Shown in pieces: positions 62,160-64,000 of a DNA stretch of 64,000 nt. Both the position numbers and the translations under genes were made by a program. A model generated the notes under the pieces. It worked only from the letters and a program-made list of their open reading frames with translations, was not told where the DNA came from and ran no database searches. The DNA lies in the NCBI GenBank assembly GCA_964493715.1, contig CAZBPC010000002.1:1-64000 (forward strand), read 5' to 3'. Position 1 is the stretch's first letter; every line of letters begins with the position of its first letter. Origin of the DNA: an uncultured archaeon (GTDB lineage Archaea; Asgardarchaeota; Lokiarchaeia; Sigyniarchaeales; SOKP01).

Positions 62160-62178
62160 TTTATATGATAAAAACATC

Positions 62179-62281
62179 GGGCCAGTGGTCTAGTGGCTAT
62201 AAATCGTGAGATCTTCTTATAATTGATTAGGACGCCACGCTTACACCGTGGATATCGGGAGTTCGAACCTCTCCTGGCCCA
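62179..62281 (+). tRNA. tRNA-Val(TAC) with ~30-31-nt intron in the D-loop (approx. 62197-62230)
   Basis: GGGCCAG/CTGGCCC-A acceptor; CCACG-CT-TAC-AC-CGTGG; AT-rich hairpin insert within the D-arm; exact junction ambiguous. Confidence 0.9.
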
Positions 62282-62293
62282 TTATTTTTATTC

Positions 62294-63088
62294 CTAATGG
62301 CATAATTCTCTAATTCTAGAAGGTCTAATCGCATTTAGTTTACAATTCCGTAAATATTTTCCTATATCAGCGATTATCCCAGGAGCTTCAGTATTATCTG
62401 AGAGAAGAACTACGTTATCTATAAAATTGTGCCTATAAATGGAAACGATATCTCTTAGATGTCCCGTTTTTATCAAAGCTTTTTTTAATTGACCTTTTGT
62501 TTCTCCGCTAACATAAACAGCCTCGAGATCTTCATCAAGAACTTTTTTAAAGAAATTTAAAGTTGGAATATCTAACTCACCTTGAGCATTTTGCTTTTCA
62601 AGATCTATTTTATTAATTTTTACGTGAACAGGAAATTCATTTATGAAATCATATGCTTTAATAATTTCAGGTAAAGATTTTTCTTTAAAATTACATAATT
62701 GATCCCTAAGCGTATGTAAAGAAATTAAAACATCCGTTTTAGGATTTAAGATCCCACAATCTACAAATAACCCAAATCCTACTTTTCCGACATCTACTAA
62801 ATTTCCTTTCAAACGCATTCCATTTTCTAAATTCTTGAATTCCTGGATCGTACCAATTTCTTTCTTTAACATGTTAACGATAAACACTTCCTCAGGACCT
62901 GATATCGTGATTTCCACTCGTTGGTCAAACTTTCTTACTTTATTGAAAATTATTTTTGTGTTAGGAAACCCTTGAGTTAATTCAAGGATGTATTTTTGAT
63001 ACCTTGAAACCAAATCTTTTGAATTTTGATCATTTCTACTATTATAAAGTCTATCGAATAAAACAATCTGCTTTACGATTAAAATCAC
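62294..63088 (-). CDS. Conserved archaeal protein (DUF2110-like, S1-like domain)
   Basis: VGKVGFGLFVDCG, GHLRDIV, TEAPGII. Confidence 0.75.
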   Translation of the reverse strand: MILIVKQIVLFDRLYNSRNDQNSKDLVSRYQKYILELTQGFPNTKIIFNKVRKFDQRVEITISGPEEVFIVNMLKKEIGTIQEFKNLENGMRLKGNLVDVGKVGFGLFVDCGILNPKTDVLISLHTLRDQLCNFKEKSLPEIIKAYDFINEFPVHVKINKIDLEKQNAQGELDIPTLNFFKKVLDEDLEAVYVSGETKGQLKKALIKTGHLRDIVSIYRHNFIDNVVLLSDNTEAPGIIADIGKYLRNCKLNAIRPSRIRELCH

Positions 63089-63246
63089 CAGAGGAAAAAA
63101 TTAGTATGATATAATTAATAATCTAAACGAAATAAAATACTTTCTCCTAAGCTCATTTTTCTCTTGTACATTCTATTCCAGTAAATTTAAATTACTTTTC
63201 TTTTATTGTAATGGATAGAAAAAAATATTAATGAGAAAGATTACCC

Positions 63247-63618
63247 ATGGAAGAACATAGGTTTTTTAATATCGTAGAAAAGCTAAAAGAATATGAAGGA
63301 ATGGATGAGATATTTCTATTAAATTCTGAAGGAGAAGTGATCTATAAATCGGAAGATTTTACTTTAACAAGCGATGAAGCAAAGACACTTTTAAAAGCGT
63401 GGAAAGAAAAAGAACCTGCTATTATTTTTCACGATCTGCGTTTTGCGATTCTTAAAAATGATGAAATTCAATTAGCTGCAAAAAATATAACAGGTGGAAA
63501 GGGAAATATAGTAGGATCCATAACTAAAGAAGGAGATTATCTTGTTGCGCATACAAGGGATGAAGGATTGATCCTACTAGAATGGTCAATTTTTATAAAT
63601 AAAGTGGCATGGAGTTAA
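63247..63618 (+). CDS. Profilin-like protein
   Basis: 123 aa; helix, IFLLNSEGEVIY, IIF..LRFAIL, KNITGGKGNIV, terminal helix; matches the Asgard profilin pattern as recalled. Confidence 0.75.
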   Translation: MEEHRFFNIVEKLKEYEGMDEIFLLNSEGEVIYKSEDFTLTSDEAKTLLKAWKEKEPAIIFHDLRFAILKNDEIQLAAKNITGGKGNIVGSITKEGDYLVAHTRDEGLILLEWSIFINKVAWS

Positions 63619-63690
63619 TTACCATTTTCTTTCTTAAGATAAAATAAAACTAATTCGAAAACACTATCTATTTATTTTAATGTAGAAAAA

Positions 63691-64000
63691 ATGAAAGTTG
63701 AAATCCGGGAAGCTAAAAGTATTATAACTAAAAGTAATATCCCTTCAATAGATTATGTGATAAATCCATATACAGGGTGCCAACATGGTTGTATTTACTG
63801 CTATGCGGAATTCATGATTAGGTTTACTGGTCATAAAGGAGAGAAATGGGGCGCTTTCTTAGATGTTAAAAATTATGACTTTGGAAAGATTAAACCTTCA
63901 AGATATGATGGTAAATCAATTCTGTTAAGTTCTGTGACAGATCCATATTTACCATTAGAAAAGAAATATCAAAATACCAAAAAGATTTTAGAAAGTCTTG
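63691..64000 (+). CDS. Radical SAM protein, SplB-like (partial, runs off the window)
   Basis: INPYTGCQHGCIYCYA, LSSVTDPY. Confidence 0.88.
   Translation, partial: MKVEIREAKSIITKSNIPSIDYVINPYTGCQHGCIYCYAEFMIRFTGHKGEKWGAFLDVKNYDFGKIKPSRYDGKSILLSSVTDPYLPLEKKYQNTKKILESL

Noticed and set aside
1-64000. rRNA, CRISPR array, transposase/IS or provirus
   Set aside because: No recognisable signatures; no integrase beside the tRNAs and no duplicated tRNA 3' ends seen

Overview
AT-rich archaeal chromosomal segment, most likely from an Asgard archaeon (Lokiarchaeia-like). The assignment rests on PolD DP1/DP2 and Cdc6, CarS, archaeal SAM synthetase, GatDE, fibrillarin/Nop5, TFB, and eukaryote-signature proteins (profilin-like, longin-like, WH2-like and polyproline proteins). 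Most genes are housekeeping, and there are five tRNAs (one partial, three with introns). The main finding is that two conserved protein-coding genes are interrupted inside their catalytic motifs by ~30-nt inserts that fold into bulge-helix-bulge (BHB) tRNA-type splicing substrates. These are rtcB, the tRNA-splicing ligase itself (29-nt insert, frameshift plus stop), and rnhB, RNase HII (30-nt insert with an in-frame stop). Cutting each at the canonical BHB positions exactly restores GGVGY-DINCG and DEAGR-GP. This points to endonuclease/RtcB-dependent mRNA splicing, with rtcB depending on its own product. Other notable items: a splicing-dead intein carrying an HNH domain and C2H2 fingers directly upstream of rtcB; an uncalled 50-aa WH2-like protein; several genes apparently starting at ATT/ATA; tandem RHH-HisKA-REC regulators; and an 8-gene uncharacterised operon with an AAA ATPase and a degenerate SMC-like protein. 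All calls were made by eye, without database searches.
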